64,000 nt of DNA from Eledone cirrhosa (lineage: Eukaryota): positions 88,536,001-88,600,000 of the forward strand of contig OZ024743.1 in NCBI GenBank assembly GCA_964016885.1, in the 5' to 3' direction. Below, in pieces: positions 27,101-39,100 of the stretch; the first letter of the stretch is position 1, and every line of letters begins with the position of its first letter. The translations under genes were made by a program, and so were the position numbers. Under the pieces are notes generated by a model that searched no databases, was not told where the DNA came from, and saw nothing but the letters and a program-made list of their open reading frames with translations.

Positions 27101-30100
27101 GGGATTTGGATAATTACAATTACAAAGCTTAAAACCCCCACCAAGTCAAAGGTAAAAATATTTATATTGATTGATTTTAGTGTAAATTGTTGGGGGGGTT
27201 TAGATAATTTCAATTATGATTTTGGTGTAAATTATTGGGGTTTAGATAATTTCAATAATTGGCATAAATTTTCTTTTGTCTTCATTAGGTGTCCAGTTTA
27301 TGTTTGATTGTTGTGTTGAAACACTGTCTCAGTTGAAGAAAGAAGAAGGTGGTGGTTGTATATTGGCTCATTGTATGGGTCTTGGGAAAACTTTATCTGT
27401 AAGTAACCTTACATTTTGTTTTTACTAACCAGACTAATTTTTCTATATTTCACAGTACAGCCATTCCTTACTTAACTTTTAGGCTCCATTCCACCAACCT
27501 GGTCGTAAAGTGAATTGGTCAGACCATTGACTTAGTGACCGGGTTTTTTTCTAGATAACTGATCATATATTAAGGAGTGTTGTAGTTGGCTTGAAGCATT
27601 ATGGAAAGTGTAGAAAATAATGTCTTTTTGTTTTCAGAGAGCTACAGCAATGCAAATAGGATATTATATGTTAAAAATAACAATAACAAAGTTGTGGGAA
27701 TGTTTTATGCTGAACTGTATACTATCATCCTGAATATTTTGTTGGCTGGCTTCATTGGATGATGTGAGGATGAGTATGTTATCTACCTATCTGGTGCAGA
27801 AGGGACAGGAGTGGCAGGTGTTGAATGCTAAATGTTTCAGCTGGTCTATATAGGTTATGGTCAACAGGCCTGAGAAAACACTATTTTCTTTATTATATTT
27901 TTTTTAATGTCACTGAACAGGTGATGAGACTATGAAAAGTTATTAAGTATTAGTTTTATGTATATTCAATTATATGAATAAAGAAATTTGTAAAGGTGTA
28001 ATGGAAACAGAAACTTAGTAACTATAACAAGTGTATGATAATAGTCATGTGTGTGAGTGGTTGTTAAGTGAGGAATGGCTATGTATTCCAATTATTCTTC
28101 TCTTCTTCACCCCCTGGTTCTATGATATGAAGCAGCAGCTTCTCTCCTTCACCCACTTATTCCTGAGAGGGTCGTGTGGGCAGTTTCCTCAAACACTCCT
28201 GTCAGAAGCAACTGATCTGGCTGGATCCCCAAGCGAGACCAACCAAGCTCATGGATGTTATCCAACCATCTTGTTCAGAGTTTACCCCTGGGTCTCCTGC
28301 TGGTTGGTTTTGCTGTAAAATCTGTCTAGCAATTCTTTCCTGAGACATTCTAACCACATGCCCATAGTATTGGAGCTGTGATCTCTCAATTTGGGGAAGT
28401 AGTGACTCTACCTGGAGTGACTCTCTGATCTCCAAGCTATTATTTAACCAATATCTTGTTCTCTCCTTTACCTTTCCAGCTAATTACACTTGTACATACC
28501 CTCATGGTGAATAGTCAAAAAACCAAAATGAATACATGTCTTGTTGTCTGCCCATTGAATACAGTTCTTAACTGGAAAGACGAGTGGGAAAAGTGGGACG
28601 AAAACGAGGATTTAATGGTAAATAGAATTTTTTTTTTTTCTTTTCTTTTTTTCCAACTTTTTCACTATTGACCTATCCAGAAACACTTTTATTAAAATGT
28701 TTAAATTATATATTCAAATCTTGGACTGAAATTCTATTAAACGAAAAATAGTATTAAATTTCAACAGTTAAACATGTCTTTTTTTTTTTATTAAAAGTTA
28801 GATATTTTAGTCAACCTCTCAGCACTTTTTTTATATTTATTTTGAAAGTGTTAACATATCTCCAAATATGTGTGCACATAGGTATATCTCCACATTTTAA
28901 ATAAACTTAATTGGTCTGACAAAAAAATGCATTTTAACTCTAAACATCCTGTAAGGATTTAGCAGAAAATGTTTAAAAATAGCTTCGTTGATTCAAATGT
29001 ATTTATTGTATCTTTACTACTAGATAGATCTCTTGATCTTTAACTCTACAAAATACTTAAGCATTGCTGGTATAGTCACTGTTGCTCACTAAAATTGGGG
29101 CCCATGTGCTGGCTGTCCTGCGGCCCCGGCAGATAGAATAGAAAAAGGGTTTCCCTGGAGGATGGTGAGGGAGACGCGTTGGAAGAACCATTCTAGCTCG
29201 CGAGGCTGGCACCTGTAGGTAGCCAACTCCATGTTGATGGTGGTGGGTAGGGATGTGGTCCTAAGGCGGAAGACACCAGTAGTCTCTACTGCTAAGATTA
29301 TTGTGAAAATTTGCAGTATTAGAGTAAAGTCAGTAATTTTTATTGTGATGCAGTCATACTGCTCTTTTGTACTTTTCAACGTCTTGCTAATGCAATTTCA
29401 TGTGGTTCAGGATATTAAGATTTAGATGGAAAGAATATATTTAAATCTTTGAAGACAATTTTATCTCTGATTTGAAAATGACAGAATCTGAATTTAAATT
29501 ATTTTAATAACAATGAAAACTGATTAGGATGAAAGTGAGAGGAATTTATATTAATGTAAAGTAAATAAGGCACAAGCAGGTCTGTGGTTAAGAAGTTTGT
29601 GTTACTGGGAATCAAACTCATGACCTTATGATTGTGAGCACCCCAATCACTAAACTGTTATCACAGTAATGCTTAGATATCATTATTGACAATGTGGTGG
29701 AGTTTCAGATAAAAGGCCATTGAGGTATTAGTTCTGGCTTTTCACATTCTGTGTTCAAATCTCTCTGGTTAACTTTGCCTTTCATCCTTCTGGAGTTGAT
29801 AAAATAATGTAGCAGTCACACACTGAGGTTGTTACAATTGACTTTCTCCTCCCCATAAATTGTTGGTCTTGTGCTTAGATTAGAAATGAATATTGACAAT
29901 GTGAATTAAATAGAATGTCATTCACTTTAACCCTTTAGCATTTAAACCAGCTGTATCTGGCCAGAATTCGCATACCTCCTTCTCTTCAAACTGGCCACTC
30001 ATACTTATTTTAAGGTATTGTTCTCAAAATATATAATATCAAATTCTGATAGATTCAATATTATGTGAGGTAAAGTGTTTGCCATGAAAATACAATAGTT

Positions 30101-33100
30101 TATATAGAACAATTTTAATTTTATGTCTGCTTTTCTCTGCTTGCAAAATGCTAAAGGGTTAAATTATCTCATAGTTTGTGTAAACAGTTGTTTTGTTGCT
30201 TAAAATTGATTTATTTACTCTGGGATCTCTCAGGTATTTGAAATGACAAACGTGAAGAATAATTTCCATCGTTGTGATGTTCTGAAGAATTGGCAAGAAA
30301 ATGGTGGTATCATGATCATAGGTTATGAAATGTACAGGAATCTTAGTCAAGGTCATCATGTGAAAAATAAGAAACATAGAAAGATTTTTGAAGACTGTCT
30401 TGTTCGACCTGGTAAGCTGACTAACACACTAATTCTTGTATAACTGTATACTGTGTATCATCATCATCATATGTCTATATTTTCTTTAGGTAGGCAGTGA
30501 GTTGGCAGTTGTTGGAATGTTGCATTGAATGCTTTGTGGTATTTATTCTGACTCGTAACACTCTCTGAGTACAAATCTTGGAGGGGTTAACTTTGTCTTT
30601 CGTCCTTTCAAGGTCGATAAAAAACAGTATCAGTTCAGTACTAAAGTCAATTCTTCCTCTATACATCTTTTTCATTTCCTCTCTCTCACTGTCGCTCCTC
30701 TTCTCTAGAAGAAATCTATTGTGTAGAGGGGATGCACTCTCTCACGACACACTGTATGTCACAATGGCACCCCTGCGACTCCATGAAGAGTTACAGGTCT
30801 ATATTTTTACATCATCTAAAGTGCGGTGGGTGTTTAAAGAATAAATGATATTGTGTACCACTGCTTCACACGAGATGCATGCGCTCGTATGGCCATGTTG
30901 AGCACAGTGAGAACTGGATCAGTAAAGTAATGAATGCTGATCCAGGAGGCAGTAGAAGCCCAGGAAGACGAGAAAGGACTTGGAGGATCTTCGTCAGGAT
31001 CAAGCTAGGCTTTGACTGGCCCAAGTGAGACCGGTGGACAGAAACACATGAAGCAGGATGCTAAGGAGCGCTGTCAGGCAGGACCCACCCCTATTTAGGG
31101 ATTAATTGTGTCCTACATAATCAAAAACTGGATGATGGTGATGACTGCAGAAGAGAATCTATTTGCTATATGTTTGCTGTATTTGTTTTCTCTCTTACAG
31201 GTCCAGATTTAGTGGTGTGTGATGAAGGTCATATTCTTAAAAATGATTCTTCTGGTGTGTCAAAAGCAATGAAGAAAATCAATACAAAACGCCGTATTGT
31301 TCTCACAGGAACTCCATTACAAAATAACTTAGTAGAATGTAAGTGCCACATTTTTGCTATCTTTCTAACTTTCCTTTTCACTCTAACATGTTGTAAAATA
31401 TGTATTCATTAACTATTAACATCCTGTAATGATTTAGCAGAAAATATCTAAAAATAGGTTTGTTAATTCAAATGTTTATAGTATCTTTACTACTGATTTG
31501 AAGAAATGTTATTTCAAAATTGGATGAACTTTTATACACTGTCTCATTGAAAATAGAGTGAAATGATTTAAAGGAATATTATTTCAAAACTGGATGCAGC
31601 ATTATCTATTGTTAAAAATAGAATAAAGTGATTTGAAGAAATGTTATTTTTATACCAGACATACCATTCACTATTCAGGATTTAAAGAAACATTATCTCA
31701 AAACTAGATTCATACTGCTACTCATCGTCGCTTTGAAAATAGAGAGAAATGAGTTAAAGAAACATTATTTCAATACTGAATATAGCATCATCTAAATGTT
31801 CCTTTGAAAATAGATTGAAGTGATTTGAAAAAACATTACTGCAATACTGGATGTACTATTATCCTGGATTTGAAGAAACATTATCTCAAAACCAAGGTAT
31901 TTGGTTAGAGAGAATAACTTGATCCAGCTGTGACATCCTTAAGAATGGATGGCTACTTACACTTCAGGCACCGAGACATTAGAAACTGCTGTTAATGTGG
32001 AAAATCAGATGTAAAAATAACATATTTAGTACATTTATCTATTTCTCAGCCTCCCCTGCCAATAAGATGGTATCTTATAAAAGCTAAGACTGTGAAAAGA
32101 AATGCCTCGGCCTCTATAAGTCATTCAGACTGCTCTACAGTGGTAAAGTGAAATCCAGACAACCAGAGAGTGGTAAATTGGCAGAATCTTTGTTCTAGTT
32201 CTTTTTTTTTTTTTTAGTTCAGATCCTGCTGAGGGTTAATCTTTCATTTACCCTTCTGAGATCAATAGGACAGAGTGATAGTCATATACTGGGGGTTGGT
32301 TTTGTCAACTTTCTCATCCCCCAAAATTATTGGTCTTGTGCCTGAAATCTCAAGCAACTTGTAGGCCACCAAGGATTTAGGTCAAAATGGAAGAATAGGG
32401 CACAATCAAGGGAAAAACAGAAGCACATTGTGACCACCAATGAATAAGGAAATATGTTAGTCTGGTTGACAATCTGGTTAGTTAAATTCAACTAAGTAGT
32501 AGTTGATTATTAAAGTAATATACTAAAAATTGTCTTTTGTTCTTTTTGCTTTCAGATCATTGTATGGTCAGTTTTGTGAAACCCAATCTACTTGGAACAC
32601 GTAAAGAATTTTGTAACAGATTTGTAAATCCCATCACAAATGGTCAGTGTTCTGATTCCACTTCACAGGATGTAAAAGTAATGAAAAGACGTGCTCATAT
32701 ATTGCATGATCTTTTGGATGGCTGTGTACAGGTGAGTGGACAGTGGTTGGAATTCATGGAGCCAACATTAACACATTAATACATTTCTAAGCTGAATTGC
32801 ATTTCCTAGATGTTTCAGTTACATTTGCAAATAATCAATTTAGACTGGTTTTATAAAAAAAAAAGGAAACGTGTATAATTTAACTCTTTCCTTATTATAT
32901 TTGTAATGAAAATCACGCACAGTTTTGAAATGATTTTAAAAGTAATCAAGAATTTGGAGTGATTTAGTAATATAACTAATTTTCTCATCTATTAAACTGG
33001 TATATGGAACATAAATTGATAATGATATATTACTTCATCATAATGTTTGTTTCTGTGGAATGGTGAATTATTCAATGATGAACTGGTCAATTGCTTGATG

Positions 33101-36100
33101 TATTGAACTACCTACTTGGTAATGTGTTAGTGGTTGAGTATTCCACAAACAAGTACTCTCAGGTAGAACCAGTGTGATGCTCAGTGATAAGTTTAGATCT
33201 TTAAATTATATGTTGAATCCGTCGACTAAATTCCACTAAAGGCTTGGGTTTCCCTTGAGTTATGACAGGGCAGTTGCTCCTGATGTCGCACAGTAGAATT
33301 GAGCCAAGCATCTCATGGTTGTGAAGTGAACACCTTTAGCATTTAAACTGGCCATATCTGGCCAGAATTTCTCATCTCTTTCTGTTGAAACTGGCCACTC
33401 ATACCAACATTAAGGTCATGTTCTCATAATAAATATCAAAATCTCATAGATTCGATATTATGTGAGATAAAGCCTTTTCTATAAAAATACAATAGTAAAT
33501 ATAAAGTAATGTAAATGCTAAAGGATTAACCACTTGGCAATGCCTTTGAATTACTGTTACTTGTATTGTGTATATAGAAGCATTGGTTATCTAATAATAA
33601 AAAAAAAAAAGTCTTTTACTTTGTGCTACTTTCTATTTAGGGATCGAATTCTTGCCATACTGTCGGTGTCCCTGTCTGTTATGGTTCACTGTCACATATA
33701 AACCAGACATGGTCACTTGACCTGTCTAATCCATGCAAGTATATAAAATAGAAATTTTAAAGTAATTAGATTAGAAATTTCTATTAGAAAAAAACATGTC
33801 AAAATCCTTTTCTAACCATTTTTGTTACATTTTTGTTTTTCTTCCATTTCAGAGGAGAGATTATAGTGTCTTAACAGACTTTCTGCCACCTAAATTGGAG
33901 TATGTTATTTTAGTAAGATTGTCTGATGTACAAATAGACTTATACCAGAGATATCTAGATGAATTTTCCCATATTGCTGCTTCTGCAGACAAACGACCAG
34001 TCGGATTATTTGCTGATTACCAGAACCTTATGAAAATCTGGAGTCATCCGTGGGTGCTAAAACTTAACGAAATTAGAATGGAAAATAAAGTAAGTTGATA
34101 TTTTATTGCAGTGTTTAATAGCAGAGCTAGCTATACTTTATGTCTGTACTCTACATTTCTGGTTCCCAACCTGGAGTCCACAAAGGTAGTAATGGTTGGG
34201 GTGGTAGTGGTTCCCAACCTGGGGTCCACAAAGGAAGTTGTTGGTGTGGTGGTGAGCCAAGTTCAAAATGTCAATTTCTTTAATAAAAACAATATACACA
34301 TGCTATTGGGGCTTCATTCATCTTAAAATATAAATATTTCTCTTTTGATGATTATTTTTGCCACATAACAATCTGACGGCAACATGTAGGACAGAGTAGT
34401 AGGATAGGGAAACATGTAGGACAGTGGAGTTGGATGGGGCAACGTGTAGGATGGTTAAGTGGGACAGGGCAACATGTAGGATGGTGGAGTGAGACAGGGA
34501 AACATGTAGGACAGTGGAGTTGGATGGGGCAACGTGTAGGATGGTGGAGTGAGACAGGGCAGCATCTAGGATGGTGGAGTGAGACAGGGCAGCATCTAGG
34601 ATGGTGGAGTGAGACAGGGCAGCATCTAGGATGGTGGAGTGAGACAGGGCAGCATCTAGGATGGTGGAGTGAGACAGGGCAGCATCTAGGATGGTGGAGT
34701 GAGACAGGGCAACGTGTAGGATGGTGGAGTGAGACAGGGCAGCATCTAGGATGGTGGAGTGAGACAGGGCAGCATCTAGGATGGTGGAGTGAGACAGGGC
34801 AACGTGTAGGATGGTGGAGTGAGACAGGGCAGCATCTAGGATGGTGGAGTGAGACAGGGCAGCATCTAGGATGGTGGAGTGAGACAGGGCAACGTGTAGG
34901 ATGGTGGAGTGAGACAGGGCAGCATCTAGGATGGTGGAGTGAGACAGGGCAGCATCTAGGATGGTGGAGTGAGACAGGGCAACGTGTAGGATGGTGGAGT
35001 GAGACAGGGCAGCATCTAGGATGGTGGAGTGAGACAGGGCAACGTGTAGGATGGTGGAGTGAGACAGGGCAGCATCTAGGATGGTGGAGTGAGACAGGGC
35101 AGCATCTAGGATGGTGGAGTGAGACAGGGCAGCATCTAGGATGGTGGAGTGAGACAGGGCAGCATCTAGGATGGTGGAGTGAGACGGCAGCATCTAGGAT
35201 GGTGGAGTGAGACAGGGCAACGTGTAGGATGGTGGAGTGAGACAGGGCAGCATCTAGGATGGTGGAATGAGACAGGGCAGCATCTAGGATGGTGGAGTGA
35301 GACAGGGCAGCATGTAGGATGGTGGAGTGGGACAGGGCAATGTGTAGAACTGGAGTGGGGCAGAACAAGTAGCACTGTAGCGTGGGACATGTCATGTGGG
35401 AGAGGACAACATACTGGACAGTGGTGTGGGACAACAAAATGTAGTTCAGTAGATTGGGACAGGAAAACATAGGGCAGAGCATGTGACAGTGGGATAGGAC
35501 AAGGTAACATGTAGGACAGTGGAGTGGACCAGCGAAACATGTAGGACAGTAGGGTGGGACATGGCAACTTGTAGGACTAGAATGGGACATGACATGTACA
35601 GAAGGATAAGTCAGAATAACATGATATGAAGATTCTTGAACAAGTATTGTTATTTTTATAGTAAAAAATGAAAAAAAAGGTAATGTTAAACTGTACCATA
35701 TTATATTATGTTTATACCATATTGTTATGTTAAACTATACCATATTGTTATGTTAAACTATACCATATTGTCATGTTAAACTATACCATATTGTTATGTT
35801 AAACTATACCATATTGTTATGTTAAACTATACCATATTGTTATGTTAAACTATACCATATTGTTATGTTAAACTATACCATATTATGTTAAACTATACCA
35901 TATTGTTATGTTAAACTATACCATATTGTTATGTTAAACTATACCATATTGTTATGTTAAACTATACCATATTGTTATGTTGTACAATATTATATTATGT
36001 TAATAATTCCAATAATTCCATGTGGATATTTACAGAAACGTTACGATTCTGATGATGACTTGGATTCATTTATTGATGATGATACTGAAGAGTCAGTGAG

Positions 36101-39100
36101 TGATGGGACCTCAAGTAATAGCAGCTTTGGTGAGAACTCTGATAAAGAAGATGCTGCCCCTGCCTCTGGTACTGCTAGTCAACCTTCCACCAGTACCAGG
36201 GCAACTAGAGCTTCAAGACGACGAGGGTGAGGATTTCATTATTTGTTTAATTAATTATCTCTGTATCTTGCCTTTCATGATAGGGCTGCAACTTCTATCA
36301 TTAAAACACTGAAGAAACCTCTTATGAGATGCAACTTTGCAGGGAGCCAGCTAAACGTGCATATAGGTGTGAGCTGTAAATTGCATTTCATTTTTCTGAA
36401 TTGTTAATGAGTTAATGATGACCTATTTCAAATCATGCTTGCCTTGAAAGACCGGAGATTGCATGGAATGGAAAAGGTTGCCATGATAAAATACAGTCTG
36501 TATACTCTGTAAAGTTATTGGAGATGGAGTAGCTAGGACTCTTTAATCTTGTTGAGGACATAACAAACTCTATAGTGATGGTGTTAACAATAAAATGCAC
36601 CCTAAACACTATGTAAAGTGTTCCCTTTCTTTCCCTCCCTCCCTCTCCCTTCTACAGGCCACTTCTGCTTACAGTGCCATTGTTCTTCCTTTCTTGTGAC
36701 AACCTAAGGTCAATTGGACACTCTTTCTCTGACCTGTTCCAACACTAACATTATACCAACAAAGATATTTATTCCTCCGTTGTTACGAGCTGCCTATTCT
36801 TTGCAGTAATTTCAGTTAAATTGTTGAAACTGCAGGTGGTCTGAAATCTGATGAGTGTATTTTAGTGTTTGTGATCTCTTCTCATCCATTCTATTTCTTC
36901 CTTCCTATCAATCCTTCGAGTCGACTCACTTTGAGCCACCGATTTCTGTCCTTCAAGATATTGTTTTGCCCAACGCTGTTTCGACGGCATTTTGCTGTTT
37001 TAAACTTCCTTACGTTGAGTTTTTCTATTTTCCTATGAATGTATGTATATATATAATAATCTAACCCATGCTAGCATGGAAAATGAATATTAAACGATGA
37101 TGCTATATACACACACACACTTACATACATTTCCAGTTACAGAGTGTACTAGCTGCATTTTGTGAAGGCACTAGCACTATACACTCGTACCTATATATCA
37201 ATTTCATTTGTTGTTTGTGTTTTAGATCTGATGATGATAAGGCAGAAGTTGTAAAAGAATGGAAAACAAGATCTCGTGGCGGTGGTGATGATGGTGAGTA
37301 TTTTGTTTATCTTCCTGTACTCTCTGGTCCCAAATAATGGGGGCAGTGGTTGAAAAATTGGTAATTTTGTCTCTTGATTTAAAAAAAAAACAGAATTAGT
37401 CGTTTAGTTTACATATTGAGACCCACAACACATCCTATTTAATTTATGATGTATGGAATTTCTAGTAATGTACATTTTTTTTGTCATGTATGTTTTTTAA
37501 TGGAGAAAGAAAATTAATTGTATTTATGTGTTTGCTATATGTATCTGCTGTTTTCTAATTCTACCAGATTCTGTAGCTGAGGTGAAAGAGAAAGATGATG
37601 GACCAATCAGCTCAGAATGGTGGTCAGAATATCTGAATGATTCAGATTGCCATAACTTAGATCTTTCTGGAAAACTGAAATTAACGTTTGAAATCCTAAG
37701 AATGTCTGAAGAAATTGGTGACAAAGTGTTAGTATATGATATGTTTTATTGAAATTATTATTTTCAATGTATATATTACCATATTTCTATGATTTTAAAA
37801 TATTTTGAAAAATAATCAACAATTTTGCAGGATTTAGTAATATATCTAATATATCTCATATATCTCATTAGCTGGAGATTGGAACATAACATAAAGGTTC
37901 TTGTCTAAAATTATGGTGGAAGTGCTTTAGATAAATATAAACAAAGAAAAAGGCAATCTTATGTCTTAGAACCAAGAGTGGTTTGTATGAAAAGGGTTAA
38001 AATATTATTGTAGTGTATATGTATTATTAAAATATTATAACAGTGTAAGTGTGACTAGCTTTCATTCACCTATGTACATTAATAATAATCTGTGGTTCAC
38101 CTGTGTACAGTGACTAGCTCTCATTCACCTATGTACTGTGACTAACTGGGGTTCACCTCATTATCATCGTTTAACCCTTTAGCATCTAAACTGGCTGTAA
38201 CTGGCCAGAATTCTCTCACCTCTTTCTGTTCAAACCGACTAACTGGCTGCTCTTACTGATGTTAAGGTATTATTCTCAAAATTATGTGAGGTAAAGCTTT
38301 TACCATGAAAATATAGTGTAATCATCATCATCATCATCATCATCACCGTTTTACGTCCGTTCTTCCACGCTAGCATGGGTTAGACGGGTTGTCCTGTTGT
38401 GGGCAGTGTCTGGTCGGCTGACCATGCCTTGCTCATACAGGAACTGATCTGGCTTGATTTCTACAGCTGGATGCCCTTCCTAACACCAACCTCATTTACA
38501 GTGAGTGCTGGGTGCTTTTTCGTGGCGCCTACACGTCCACTTTACAGTGTGGGCTGGGTGCTTTTTTGCCGTGGCACCTCCACGACCACCTTGCGGTGGG
38601 GGGGGGGGGGGGGGGGGGGGGGGGCATATTGTTTATATGCTTCAGCATGTACCCATGGGAGGTCGGGTACCCTGTATTACTGCGTGACGCCAGAAGTCAC
38701 GGTCGTGTGTCATTGACTTTGAGAGGTGTAGTTGGGTAAGGTCGGCTTTTATCACCTCATCCCAAGTCATCTTGGGTCTCCCCACTCCGCGGTTTCCATC
38801 AACTTCTAGTGCTCTGCACCTTTTTATGCAGCTGTCATCCTTCATACGCATCACATGTCCATACCAGCGTAACCGCCTCTCCTGCACGCAGCATTTGATT
38901 CCTCTTATGCTCAGTCTCTCTCTCAATTCATTTATGCTTTGTCGTTCACGTATATTACTGTTACACATCCATCGGAGCATGCAGGCTTCGTTTCTCTCTA
39001 ATCTACGTAAGTCTTCCACCTTCAGCGCCCAGGTCTCACTACCATGCAACATCGCTGTTCGGATACACGCATCATACAGTCTGCCTTTCATTCTGAGGGA

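Noticed and set aside
34318-35590. ORFs of 258-412 aa on both strands
   Set aside because: Artefacts of the 30-bp tandem repeat
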